In this document: piece by piece, positions 51,982 to 61,082 of the stretch
Numbering within the stretch: the stretch's first letter is position 1
Layout: each line of letters starts with the position of its first letter
Origin: Cyanobacteriota bacterium
GTDB lineage: Bacteria; Cyanobacteriota; Cyanobacteriia; Thermostichales; Thermostichaceae
Reading direction: 5' to 3'
NCBI GenBank assembly: GCA_033764955.1
Contig: JANRIL010000041.1
Span: forward strand, 1 to 64,000
DNA: 64,000 nucleotides
Made by a program: the position numbers and the translations under genes
Notes under the pieces: model-generated
The model's input: only the letters and a program-made list of their open reading frames with translations
What the model was told of the DNA's origin: nothing
Databases searched by the model: none

Positions 51982-52360
51982 TATTGCGAAGCTTCCCTGT
52001 CCACTTTGATGTGTTTTTATCGATTCCTTTAGTGAAGGATAAACGATTCCAAACTCTATCATCGTGGATTGGGATTGCCTTTTCTTTGGGTAACCAGACG
52101 ATCGGTTTAACCTTAAAGCGAACCACAAAAGGGTCATCCTGAGGAAGAAAAACTGGGTCATCATCTGAGAAGCATTCGCTTTGCACCTCAAAAACCCCTA
52201 TCCATCGAGATAGCTTAGTCATGTAACAGATAAACTTATCGCCAATCTTAATCCGGCTTGCGGCATTTTGTTGACGTAAACGAAACCCAGAAACAGCACG
52301 ATTTGACTGCGAGAATACTTCATAAGTTTCTGGGGAAAAGAGATTCAGGTAGTACGCCAA
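51982..52360 (-). pseudogene. EVE (PUA-like) domain protein, 3'-truncated by IS
   Basis: YYLNLFSPETYE.F, SGFR, IKIGDKFICY.TKLSRWIGV.EV, DPFVVRFKVKP; frame hits the IS end after WTGKLRN. Confidence 0.82.
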
Positions 52361-52480
52361 CTTCTAATGCTCCTCGTCTTACATCCCCACCTGATTCTAA
52401 GCAATGAAATAGAGGTGGTCACCCTACGGGCAATTTCGCAGTTGCTTCCTCACCAAAAGCTCAAGCCACCTAACAACAAC

Positions 52481-53461
52481 CTATCCACCAATTTGGGACA
52501 TGGTGCGGCGGTAGGGATTGCCTGTCGTGCCAGAGTCCCGCTGCTTGAAATTGATGTCAGGTTTGATCAATAGGAGTTGTCCCACCTGTTCCCGCAGATC
52601 AGCTAGCGGGGATCCCTGGCGCAGTTGTGTCTTGAGATCGATTTGTCCGGTTTCGTTGAGCAGGCAGGGGCGCAGCCAACCATCTGCCGAGAGCCGCATC
52701 CGATTGCAGCGATCACAAAAGCACTCCGACATCTGGCTGATAAAACCCACCGTTCCTGCTGCCCCTGGGATGCGAAACACATCGGCGGGGCCATGTCCGA
52801 CCACCGCTCCCGTCGTCAGACCAAACCGTTGCTGGAGGCGTTGTCGCAGTTGAGCGGAATCCACCCAGCCTTTATCCTCAAACAGGGGTTGATTGCCAAT
52901 GGGCATGAATTCGATAAAGCGGATATGCCAAGCTCGATCAAGGGAGAGGGCGGCTAGATCTTCTATTTCGTGATCGTTCACCCCTGGGATCACCACCACA
53001 TTCAGCTTGAGGGGATCAAACCCGACCCGATGGGCGGTTTGGATGCCCTGCCAGACTTTTTGCCAAAGGTCACGTCCGGTGATCTGGTGAAAGGTATCGG
53101 GGTGCAATGAGTCGAGGCTGATGTTGATGCGCCGTAATCCCGCGTCGTAGAGTGGCTGGGCTTGTGCCGCCAGATCAAATCCATTGGTGGTTAGGGAGAG
53201 ATCCTCCACTCCTGATAATTGGCGGATGGCCTGGATCAGGCGAGGCAACTGGGGGCGCAAAAGCGGTTCTCCCCCGGTCAGGCGAAAGTGATGGATGCCC
53301 AGAGGAATAAAAACTTCCTGTAATAAAGTCAGTAATTCCGGATCCGTTAACAGATTTTGTTTGGCGAGCCAAGCGATCGAATCGCTGTCAGGCATACAGT
53401 ATTGACAACGAAAATTACAACGGTCGATCAGACTAACCCGCAAATAGTTAACCGATGGCAT
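52481..53461 (-). CDS. moaA: GTP 3',8-cyclase
   Basis: [31 protein letters not shown]....G.LRPCL, C-terminal MSQIGG. Confidence 0.97.
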   Translation of the reverse strand: MPSVNYLRVSLIDRCNFRCQYCMPDSDSIAWLAKQNLLTDPELLTLLQEVFIPLGIHHFRLTGGEPLLRPQLPRLIQAIRQLSGVEDLSLTTNGFDLAAQAQPLYDAGLRRINISLDSLHPDTFHQITGRDLWQKVWQGIQTAHRVGFDPLKLNVVVIPGVNDHEIEDLAALSLDRAWHIRFIEFMPIGNQPLFEDKGWVDSAQLRQRLQQRFGLTTGAVVGHGPADVFRIPGAAGTVGFISQMSECFCDRCNRMRLSADGWLRPCLLNETGQIDLKTQLRQGSPLADLREQVGQLLLIKPDINFKQRDSGTTGNPYRRTMSQIGG

Positions 53462-53569
53462 AGGCTGATAATGGGTTTGAAGTCAGCCAGATCAAAGGAA
53501 ATGTCTAGCTTCTTTCAACCTCCTAAATTTAGGCTTATTGTAACCTGACTTTTTGAGGGGATCCCGGCT

Positions 53570-54445
53570 ATGTTAACTCCCTCGATGGCTAGTGGGGTGC
53601 TTTATCTGGTGGCGACCCCCATCGGCAACCGCGAAGACATCACCCTCCGCGCCATTCGCATTCTCAAAACGGTGGATTGGATTGCTGCCGAAGATACCCG
53701 CCATTCTGGGTTGTTGCTCAAACATCTAGAGATCCGCACGCCTCTGATTAGCTATCACCGTCATAACCAAGCGCAACGGATCCCGGAGTTGCTGCAACGC
53801 TTACAGGCGGGACAGTCGGTGGCTCTGATCAGCGATGCCGGAATGCCCGCCATTTCCGATCCGGGAGAGGAGATGGTGCAAGCCTGTCTAACCTCTGGCA
53901 TTTCAGTCGTACCCATTCCAGGGGCAACGGCGGCGATCACAGCATTAGCGGCTTCCGGTTTGCCGACAGAGCGGTTTGCTTTTGAGGGATTTTTGCCCAC
54001 CCAAACCGCCGCTCGTCGGGAGCGTCTCAGCCGACTTGCCCAGGAAGAACGCACCCTGATTGTGTATGAAGCCCCTCACCGCCTACCACGCACTCTTCAG
54101 GATTTGGCGATCAGCTTGGGGGAGGATCGGCAGGTGAGCGTGGGGCGGGAGTTGACCAAGCATTACGAAGAGTTTTGGCGGGGTAGCCTGGGATCCGCCC
54201 TCGCCCATTATCAAAGCCAACCTATTCGCGGAGAGTTTACGCTGGTGATCGCAGGGGGTAAGACAACGACAGCCACCGCCTCCATCGATGACCTCAAACA
54301 AGAGCTACAACACCTTTTGGAGGAGGGGGTTTCTCTCTCCCAAGCCAGTCGGCAGGTGGCCAAACACCGCCACCAATCTCGCCATCAGGTTTATCAACTG
54401 GCGTTGCAACTGCTAGCCTCCCAACCTGGATCAGAGGATGCTTGA
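53570..54445 (+). CDS. rsmI: 16S rRNA C1402 2'-O-methyltransferase
   Basis: LYLVATPIGN.EDIT.RA, EDTRHS, SDAGMP.ISDPG, YEAPHR, RELTK.YEE, RGEF. Confidence 0.96.
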   Translation: MLTPSMASGVLYLVATPIGNREDITLRAIRILKTVDWIAAEDTRHSGLLLKHLEIRTPLISYHRHNQAQRIPELLQRLQAGQSVALISDAGMPAISDPGEEMVQACLTSGISVVPIPGATAAITALAASGLPTERFAFEGFLPTQTAARRERLSRLAQEERTLIVYEAPHRLPRTLQDLAISLGEDRQVSVGRELTKHYEEFWRGSLGSALAHYQSQPIRGEFTLVIAGGKTTTATASIDDLKQELQHLLEEGVSLSQASRQVAKHRHQSRHQVYQLALQLLASQPGSEDA

Positions 54446-54505
54446 GAAAAGAAAGTGGCCAAAAGAAAGCCCAGATTCAGGGAGAGAAGAGGATCCCTGG
54501 AAATT

Positions 54506-54907
54506 TTAGGGGGAGGGACGCACCCAACAACGGGGATGTCGGCTAAATCCGATGCGTGGATAATAAGCATCAGCCGCCGGAGCCGCAATCAAAATGAGAG
54601 TGGCATGGGATCCCAACTGCTCTTGAGTCAGAGATAACAGCTTTTGGCCGATCCCGTGCCGCTGATAATCGCGGTGAACAGCCAAATCTGAAACATAACA
54701 GGCGTAGTGAAAATCAGTGAGGGAACGAGCCACCCCCACTAGGCGACTTTCATCCCAAGCCGTGACGATCAGATTGGAGTTTTTGACCATTCCCTCCATA
54801 CAGATAGGATCATCAATAGGTCGGCGTTCTCCTAATGTAGAGGCCACAAGTAGGTCAATAAACTGCTCAGTAGTAATTGCTTGATTGACACCATAGTGGA
54901 TGTTCAT
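54506..54907 (-). CDS. GNAT-family N-acetyltransferase
   Basis: LVGVARSLTDF.YACY.SDLAVH.DYQRHGIG, YY.RIGF. Confidence 0.9.
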   Translation of the reverse strand: MNIHYGVNQAITTEQFIDLLVASTLGERRPIDDPICMEGMVKNSNLIVTAWDESRLVGVARSLTDFHYACYVSDLAVHRDYQRHGIGQKLLSLTQEQLGSHATLILIAAPAADAYYPRIGFSRHPRCWVRPSP

Positions 54908-55078
54908 AAATTATCAATGCTGATAGTAGAGAGATTGTAGATCCTCACTAATACTGCGATTCAGTCCGACTAGCCATTGGCTCAATAGCTCCCTTGAGGT
55001 TGCGCCACACTCATGGGCTGATGTGAGGGTTTATGGCGATGGCTAGCCAAGCTGTCGCCCTCTGGGTTACGGTGAGGG

Positions 55079-56077
55079 GTGCTGATTTCAAGACAGACTG
55101 GCATGGTTAACGGGGGAGCAACACCGTCTCGTGAAGGGTTACGGATCGGATCCCGCAAAAGCGAGCTGGCTCTGGTTCAATCCCGTTGGGTCTTGGCTCA
55201 GTTGCAGCAGCACTATCCGGATCTGAGTCTGGAACTGCAAACCATGTCCACCCAGGGGGACATCATCCTGGATGTGGCTCTCGCCAAAATTGGGGATAAA
55301 GGACTTTTCACCAAAGAACTGGAAGTAGGCTTGCTGCAAAAAACCAGTGATTTGGCGGTGCATAGCCTGAAAGATTTGCCGACCCAGCTACCGGAAGGCT
55401 TAACTCTAGGAGCCGTCACCAAGCGAGAAAATCCTGCCGATGCCTTGGTAGTACATCGCAACAAGCAGGACTATCAACTGGATACGTTACCCGCCGGAAC
55501 CGTGATCGGCACCTCCTCCCTACGCCGCTTGGCTCAACTGCGCCACCACTATCCCCATCTGGAGTTCAAAGATGTGCGGGGCAACCTCAACACCCGCCTC
55601 AGCAAGCTGGACAATGGTGACTATGATGCCTTGATCCTGGCGGTGGCAGGGCTAGAGCGTTTGGGGATGGCGGATCGCATCCACCAGGTGATTGACCCCA
55701 GCATTTCCCTCTACGCGGTCGGACAGGGATCCCTAGGCATCGAGTGTAGAGCCGATGACGCCCCCACCTTGACCCTGATCAAACCCCTGATCGATCCAGA
55801 ATCTCAGGTTCGTTGTTTAGCCGAACGAGCACTCCTCCGTTCCCTAGAAGGGGGATGTCAAGTGCCGATTGGGGTGCATTCCCAGGTCAGCGGCGACCAA
55901 CTCACGTTAATGGGTATGGTGGCTAGTCTGGACGGAAAAACTCTGATTCGGGATCAGGTGACCGGTTCCATCAAAGAACCGGACCATATTGGCCTCACCC
56001 TCGCCGAGCAACTCAAGGAACTGGGAGCCGCCGACATTCTGCGAGAGATCTTTCGGCAAGCTCGCCCTAGTGCCTAG
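55079..56077 (+). CDS. hemC: Hydroxymethylbilane synthase
   Basis: [51 protein letters not shown]. Confidence 0.97.
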   Translation: MLISRQTGMVNGGATPSREGLRIGSRKSELALVQSRWVLAQLQQHYPDLSLELQTMSTQGDIILDVALAKIGDKGLFTKELEVGLLQKTSDLAVHSLKDLPTQLPEGLTLGAVTKRENPADALVVHRNKQDYQLDTLPAGTVIGTSSLRRLAQLRHHYPHLEFKDVRGNLNTRLSKLDNGDYDALILAVAGLERLGMADRIHQVIDPSISLYAVGQGSLGIECRADDAPTLTLIKPLIDPESQVRCLAERALLRSLEGGCQVPIGVHSQVSGDQLTLMGMVASLDGKTLIRDQVTGSIKEPDHIGLTLAEQLKELGAADILREIFRQARPSA

Positions 56078-56094
56078 GGATCCCCATACTTCGG

Positions 56095-56727
56095 CTAACT
56101 CAAGACAATATCCTCAGCAGGGCGTTGAGCCAGCCGCTTTAGGTTTTGGTAGCGCAGCACATCCAACAACTCGTTACCGGAGCGTCCTTCTAGGCGGGCT
56201 TCCACATGCAGGGCTTGTCCGAGGGCTTCTACCGCCTGTAACCGAGGGATCCCGCGCAGCACCAGCCGATCCACCGCGTAGGCATCAGCCGCCAAGAGAC
56301 GACGGTCATTGGTTTGATCCCGACGTAATTGCCAGAGGGCTAAACCCCCCAATCCACCGGAAACCGTAATCCCCACCGGATCCTGCTGGAAGGCTTCAAA
56401 GACAAGGCTCAAACTGCCAAGAGCAGTTAAAGCCAGATAAAAGTCAATTTGCCGTGAGATAGCTCGACTATAGTAGCCAACCTTATGCAAAAACAAACCG
56501 GAGCGTTGATTGGGGGTAAATTGCCGCCATTCATGGGGTTTAACAAACAGCCGCAAGCGTCGCCGCCAGAGAAATTGGCGCTGCCCTTTGATCACAGTCG
56601 TTTGCCGATCGGGGGCAGGCAAAATCTCTACAGAATCGCGTAACCCCGCTGGTAATAGATCGAGGAGACGGGAGACTTCAGCCGGATCCAATTCGGGTTC
56701 GTTGTAGCCGTAATAACTACCATTCAT
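56095..56727 (-). CDS. DUF3318-like cyanobacterial membrane protein
   Basis: E..RLLDLLPA, two TM segments (QQDPVG), ADAYA, LRYQNL. Confidence 0.75.
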   Translation of the reverse strand: MNGSYYGYNEPELDPAEVSRLLDLLPAGLRDSVEILPAPDRQTTVIKGQRQFLWRRRLRLFVKPHEWRQFTPNQRSGLFLHKVGYYSRAISRQIDFYLALTALGSLSLVFEAFQQDPVGITVSGGLGGLALWQLRRDQTNDRRLLAADAYAVDRLVLRGIPRLQAVEALGQALHVEARLEGRSGNELLDVLRYQNLKRLAQRPAEDIVLS

Positions 56728-56741
56728 GCTGACTATCCCTC

Positions 56742-57461
56742 TCAGCCTAAGCCCATTGCTTGTTTCATTTCCCGCACAGCTCGTTCTAATCCAACCAAGA
56801 CGGCTCGGCTAATAATGCTGTGCCCAATGTTGAGTTCCTCCATGCCGACAATCGCCGCCACCGGCGCAACATTCCAATAAGTAAGTCCATGTCCAGCGTT
56901 GACCCGCAGTCCCAAAGAACGAGCCTGTTGGGTAGCCTCTTCTAAAAGCTTAAGCTGGAATGATCGGATGGCGGGGGTTTTGGCTTCGGCATAGCTGCCT
57001 GTGTGTAATTCTACCCACTGGGATCCCACCTGGGCGGCGGTGGTAATGGGATCCGGATGGGGGTCAATAAACAGGCTGACCGGGATCCCGGCGCTCTGAA
57101 GTTGCTCCACAATGGTTTTGAGGGAATCCGCTTGTCCTACCACATCCAGTCCACCCTCTGTGGTCACTTCCTGCCGACGTTCAGGAACCAAGGTGACATA
57201 ATCGGGTCGCAGGTCAAGGGCAATTGCTACCATCTCCGGCGTAGCGGCCATTTCCAAGTTGAGGTGAGTACGCACCGTCTGCCGCAACAGCCGCACATCT
57301 CGATCTTGAATATGTCGGCGATCCTCCCGCAGGTGAGCCGTAATCCCATCCGCTCCGCCCAGTTCGGCGAGAACAGCCGCCGCTACCGGATCCGGTTCTA
57401 CGGTGCGACGAGCCTGCCGTACTGTTGCCACATGATCAACATTCACTCCGAGACTCAACAA
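56742..57461 (-). CDS. pdxJ: Pyridoxine 5'-phosphate synthase
   Basis: [43 protein letters not shown]. Confidence 0.97.
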   Translation of the reverse strand: MLSLGVNVDHVATVRQARRTVEPDPVAAAVLAELGGADGITAHLREDRRHIQDRDVRLLRQTVRTHLNLEMAATPEMVAIALDLRPDYVTLVPERRQEVTTEGGLDVVGQADSLKTIVEQLQSAGIPVSLFIDPHPDPITTAAQVGSQWVELHTGSYAEAKTPAIRSFQLKLLEEATQQARSLGLRVNAGHGLTYWNVAPVAAIVGMEELNIGHSIISRAVLVGLERAVREMKQAMGLG

Positions 57462-57697
57462 AGTAATGATTTCTCCAAGTTGGCCATACTACACTTTAGC
57501 CGATTCGGTAGGAAGCCCCGCGCCCTTTTCAGGGTGAGTCTGGGGATGAAAGCCGAGCCTGCCGATGAAACTTCTCCGGTCAAGAGGGTAGACGAGTCGT
57601 CCGCCGCTGGTCTAGTCGCCGTTTTCTCAGATAGCGAACCACTATCCTTTTTGATTGAGCCTGAAGTTTATGCAACAGGGATCCCGATCCGGAGTCA

Positions 57698-57814
57698 GAG
57701 TTGGACTGCGTGAAGGAGATGGACTGAAATAAGCAGCTCGCTACTCATCACTTGACCAAACTAACTTGGGAGCAAACCCTAACAACCCATGCTCTTGGAT
57801 CCGCTCAACGAATA
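57698..57814. repeat. 117-bp exact direct repeat, copy 1 (copy 2 at 60366-60482)
   Basis: Compared base by base; spans the immunity-gene 3' end, its stop codon and the start of the Pro-rich linker. Confidence 0.93.
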
Positions 57815-58379
57815 TGTCTGACACATAAGGCCATGCAGATTTTGGGTGATGTAACTTCATTCTGAAAATAGTTTGATCCTTAACTAAATCAGGATAAAAC
57901 TTGAAACTCACGATACGGCTGAGAGTGCGGTCAGCTAATAAACCCTTGCTTCTCAGAGAATGATAAGAGCCAGGAGGCAATAATTTAGCTTCCTGAGCGG
58001 TATAGCAATAATCAAATTCAGAATTTTCTGTATCCAGAGCATGTACATAATTAGTTATATTATAGCAATAATATAGTCCATCTTCAGTAATGATGGGTAA
58101 CAATTCACCGTTTGGAACAAGTAGATCTTCTAATGCATCTACTGCTTTCTGACTGAAGACACGGCATGAGCCACAACCTGGGAAATCTGAAATAGGATAT
58201 TTTTTAGGTTGCTCATCAGTTACCCAATAAGCCTTGCAGGGAGTCCATTCTTGTTGGATAGATATCCCAGTAAACCATTTTTTCTCAGGAATATTCTTTA
58301 TGATTTTTCGAGCATACTCTCGCTCTAAGTTGAGCAAGTTATAAGAATTTACATCTGCGTCAAGAATATATATTCTCAT
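57741..58379 (-). CDS. Immunity protein, Imm11/DUF1629-like (module 4)
   Basis: SDFP, FSQKAV.ALEDLL...GELLP, YY.YN.T..V.ALD.E.S, IF, YVSD.FV..I..HGL.GF....VW; paralog of 60409-61047. Confidence 0.82.
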   Translation of the reverse strand: MRIYILDADVNSYNLLNLEREYARKIIKNIPEKKWFTGISIQQEWTPCKAYWVTDEQPKKYPISDFPGCGSCRVFSQKAVDALEDLLVPNGELLPIITEDGLYYCYNITNYVHALDTENSEFDYCYTAQEAKLLPPGSYHSLRSKGLLADRTLSRIVSFKFYPDLVKDQTIFRMKLHHPKSAWPYVSDIFVERIQEHGLLGFAPKLVWSSDE

Positions 58380-58404
58380 CTGTTATAATCCTTCATTCTG
58401 GAAA

Positions 58405-58790
58405 TCAAAGATCTAAGTGGCCAATTACTAAATCACGGGTAATTAGTCTTAGTTCTGTAATTATTTTAGATCGAAGCTGAGAGAAATCGTCATTAGGATT
58501 ATCCTCTATAATATCCCTCAATCGCGTATTAACAGCACTATAATAATCACCACTATGCCCACCATTGTGAATGGCACCTGGCACACGCTTCGCTACCTCA
58601 CTATTAGCAGGCAACATCACCCCATTCTCGGCACTGTTGATGCCAATGCCATAATCTCTCAGAATATCCTGGGCTAACTTCGCTGCTGTTGCCGTTGCAG
58701 CCACAATATGATGAGGTCTTGTGCCACAGGGCATGTCCCCATAAACAGCTTCTAATGCTCTTGCCAGTTGGTCAGAGTTGCTAGTAGAAG
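58405..58790 (-). pseudogene. Orphan AHH-type nuclease toxin tip (module 4), no linker or pre-toxin domain
   Basis: Frame open from ~58790 (SSTSNSDQLARALEAVYGDMPCGTRPHHIV...INSAENGVMLP...IHNGGH..YY); ATG at 58734 is internal by comparison with module 2. Confidence 0.82.
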
Positions 58791-58901
58791 ATCATGATTC
58801 TGTTTGTATTGTCTCTATCAGAATGCTAAAGATTATGTTGAGATTGCGTTGGCTCTATGAAATGTGAGATTTACCTTTCTCTGATAGGAATTTTGGAGTG
58901 T

Positions 58902-59453
58902 CTAAGAGGAGGATGACCAGACTTTATCAAACTTAAACCCTGTTAAATGATGTTGGCGAACCAACTCGACAAATTGATCGCTGACATAAATACTATATCT
59001 AAATTGTTTATGAGGAATCCTAAAAATTTGCAAATCACCTATTTTACTTGGAAAGAATGAATGCTTTAGAATCTCTATAGGAGATCCAGAGGGAAGTGTT
59101 CTAAATTCGGAGTTTTGTTCATCTAAGCAATCGCAAGATGAGGTAAAGTGATAAGCAAAATATGCGCCGAAACATGGTTGCAGTGGTAAAAGCTCTCCAC
59201 TCTCTAATAAAAAATTACCTAAAACCATAATTGCCAAATCACTAAAAACTGGAATAGTTCCATAAATAGTAGCTCGATCACCAGGTATCCTCCCTCTTTG
59301 TCTTTTTGATATTGAGAGATGTACTGGATTCCAGATATCTCGAATTGGATTATCCTTATGCCATCCCAGCTCCATTAATTTCTTTGACTGATCAGGATCT
59401 AGGCAATGAAACATTATCCCATTATTATCGATTACAAGCAGATATATATTCAT
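58902..59453 (-). CDS. Immunity protein, Imm11/DUF1629-like (module 3)
   Basis: MNIY start 4 bp after the toxin stop; PVFS..A, GELLPL, DCLDE.NS, IFRIP, YVSDQFV......LTGF.F.KVW. Confidence 0.82.
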   Translation of the reverse strand: MNIYLLVIDNNGIMFHCLDPDQSKKLMELGWHKDNPIRDIWNPVHLSISKRQRGRIPGDRATIYGTIPVFSDLAIMVLGNFLLESGELLPLQPCFGAYFAYHFTSSCDCLDEQNSEFRTLPSGSPIEILKHSFFPSKIGDLQIFRIPHKQFRYSIYVSDQFVELVRQHHLTGFKFDKVWSSSS

Positions 59454-59457
59454 GGAT

Positions 59458-60408
59458 CTAAAGCCATAGACTTGAATCATGGTTCAGAAGTCTAGTTCTT
59501 AATTCATTGAGGATTTGAACTATTTCATTGACTGGTTCATTGTTATCTTTAGCAGACTTTAATAATGTATTTACCGTATTGATATACTTGCTTGTATGAA
59601 TAGTTTGATGATACGGCCCAGGAGCATAGGACTCTCTTCCCCCAGGTAAGAAAACTCCATTCACTGCATCATCAATGCTAATTTGATAGCTATCTAATAC
59701 ATCTCGTGCTTGCTGAGCACTAGGATCATTTTGCTCTACAATATGATGCGCCTGAGTATCACATGGTTGAAAGGTTGGGGGAGGCGCTTCAGGTAAATGG
59801 CTCCCTTGTTGCATATTTTGGGCTAGGCGATTAGTGGGTGATATCCGACATTCCACCTCAAATTCTATAAATTGATTGGCTTGACCGTCAGTTCCAAGAA
59901 GACTACTCCAAACAGTAGCTGAGGATGGAGAAATACTGTTCAGCAGTTGAAAACCCATAGTGGCAGGCGGATAAGTCCCCTCAGAAGCTACCTCAATTTT
60001 TATCTTACTGAAAACTGCTCTGAGTTGAAGAGGCTGGTTTGCTACGGTTCCCTGATCCCAAAGCAATTGGCTTGATTGGGTAGTTTCGACTTGTGGGTAT
60101 GGAGGGTTGATAGTGACTCCATTTTGCTTATTCAGGAGAGGTGTAACAGTGATGCTAACTCTGTCTCCATCATCAGGATAATGTCCATTATCCCACAACT
60201 CATTTTCAAGCAAATATTCATTGGAACTAATGACAATACTGGAGGGAGGAATCTTATCGTCAACTTTGGGATCCGGTGAAGGACTAGGAGAGGGAGAAGG
60301 ACAAGCGGAGGGAGTGGGATCTGGGGGAGGATCTGGAGTCGGAGGAGGATCCCGATCTGGAGTCGGAGTTGGACTGCGTGAAGGAGATGGACTGAAATAA
60401 GCAGCTCG
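59458..60408 (-). CDS. Orphan toxin module 3: Pro-rich linker + pre-toxin domain + AHH nuclease, without an obvious start codon
   Basis: Frame open 65 codons upstream of the TTG at 60213 (RAAYFSPSPSRSPTPTPDRDPPPTPDPPPDPTPSACPSPSPSPSPDPKVDDKIP...); DNGH, SEGTYPPAT, FEVECR, PCDTQAHHIV, DAVNGVFLP, HQTIHT..Y. Confidence 0.82.
   Translation of the reverse strand, partial: RAAYFSPSPSRSPTPTPDRDPPPTPDPPPDPTPSACPSPSPSPSPDPKVDDKIPPSSIVISSNEYLLENELWDNGHYPDDGDRVSITVTPLLNKQNGVTINPPYPQVETTQSSQLLWDQGTVANQPLQLRAVFSKIKIEVASEGTYPPATMGFQLLNSISPSSATVWSSLLGTDGQANQFIEFEVECRISPTNRLAQNMQQGSHLPEAPPPTFQPCDTQAHHIVEQNDPSAQQARDVLDSYQISIDDAVNGVFLPGGRESYAPGPYHQTIHTSKYINTVNTLLKSAKDNNEPVNEIVQILNELRTRLLNHDSSLWL
60247..60309. 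repeat. 63-bp exact direct repeat encoding SACPSPSPSPSPDPKVDDKIP (other copy at 63456-63518)
   Basis: Compared base by base. Confidence 0.93.
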
Positions 60409-61047
60409 CTACTCATCACTTGACCAAACTAACTTGGGAGCAAACCCTAACAACCCATGCTCTTGGATCCGCTCAACGAATACGTCTGACACATAAAGCA
60501 GACCAGCTTTTGAGTGATGTAAGTCCATTCTGAAAACAACTTGGTTTTTAACTAAATCAGGATGAAACTTGTAATTTATGATATGACCAAGGCTACGATC
60601 AGCTAATAATCCCTTAGTCCTTAAATAACCATAAGAACCAGGAGGGAGTAATTTAGCTTCTTCAGCAGTATAGTAATAATCAAACTCAGAGTTTTCTGTA
60701 TCCAGAGCATCCACAAAGTTAGTTACGTTGTAGCAGTAATAGGTTCCATATTCGGTAATGATAGGTAATAATTCACCGCTTGGAATAAGTAGGTCTTCTA
60801 ATACGTTCACTGCGTTCTGACTGAAGGCAATACGCCCCCCACAACCTGGAAAATCTGAAAGAGGGTACTTTTTAGGTTCTTCATCAGTTACCCAATAAGC
60901 TTTACAAGGAATCCATTCATGCTTAATTGGTTTTCTATACAACCATTTTCTCTCTCTGTAGTTAGCAGTAATTCTTCTAGAATCACTTGATTCAAGATTA
61001 AGCAAGTTGTAAGGATTAGCATCCCAATCAAGAATATAGATATTCAT
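60409..61047 (-). CDS. Immunity protein, Imm11/DUF1629-like (module 2)
   Basis: RBS AGAGGAG; same motifs as the other three immunity ORFs. Confidence 0.82.
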   Translation of the reverse strand: MNIYILDWDANPYNLLNLESSDSRRITANYRERKWLYRKPIKHEWIPCKAYWVTDEEPKKYPLSDFPGCGGRIAFSQNAVNVLEDLLIPSGELLPIITEYGTYYCYNVTNFVDALDTENSEFDYYYTAEEAKLLPPGSYGYLRTKGLLADRSLGHIINYKFHPDLVKNQVVFRMDLHHSKAGLLYVSDVFVERIQEHGLLGFAPKLVWSSDE

Positions 61048-61082
61048 TTGCTCCTCTTCTGTATCTTTGTTAAAAGTCTGGC

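Noticed and set aside
52360..52480. attR copy of the tRNA-Pro 3' end
   Set aside because: Only a 6-bp CATCCC match, expected by chance.
54506..54907. GNAT gene as an integron cassette
   Set aside because: Typical cassette cargo, but I found no attC downstream and no clear GTTRRRY head.
57057..57713. 218-aa + strand ORF and the many similar overlapping ORFs in the track (e.g. 38646-39281, 41705-42247)
   Set aside because: Antisense or alternate-frame shadows of well-supported genes, with no motifs.
60132..60419. 95-aa Leu-rich ORF (MMSSELL...)
   Set aside because: Alternative frame of the Pro-linker sequence; the frame homologous to the other modules is the toxin frame.
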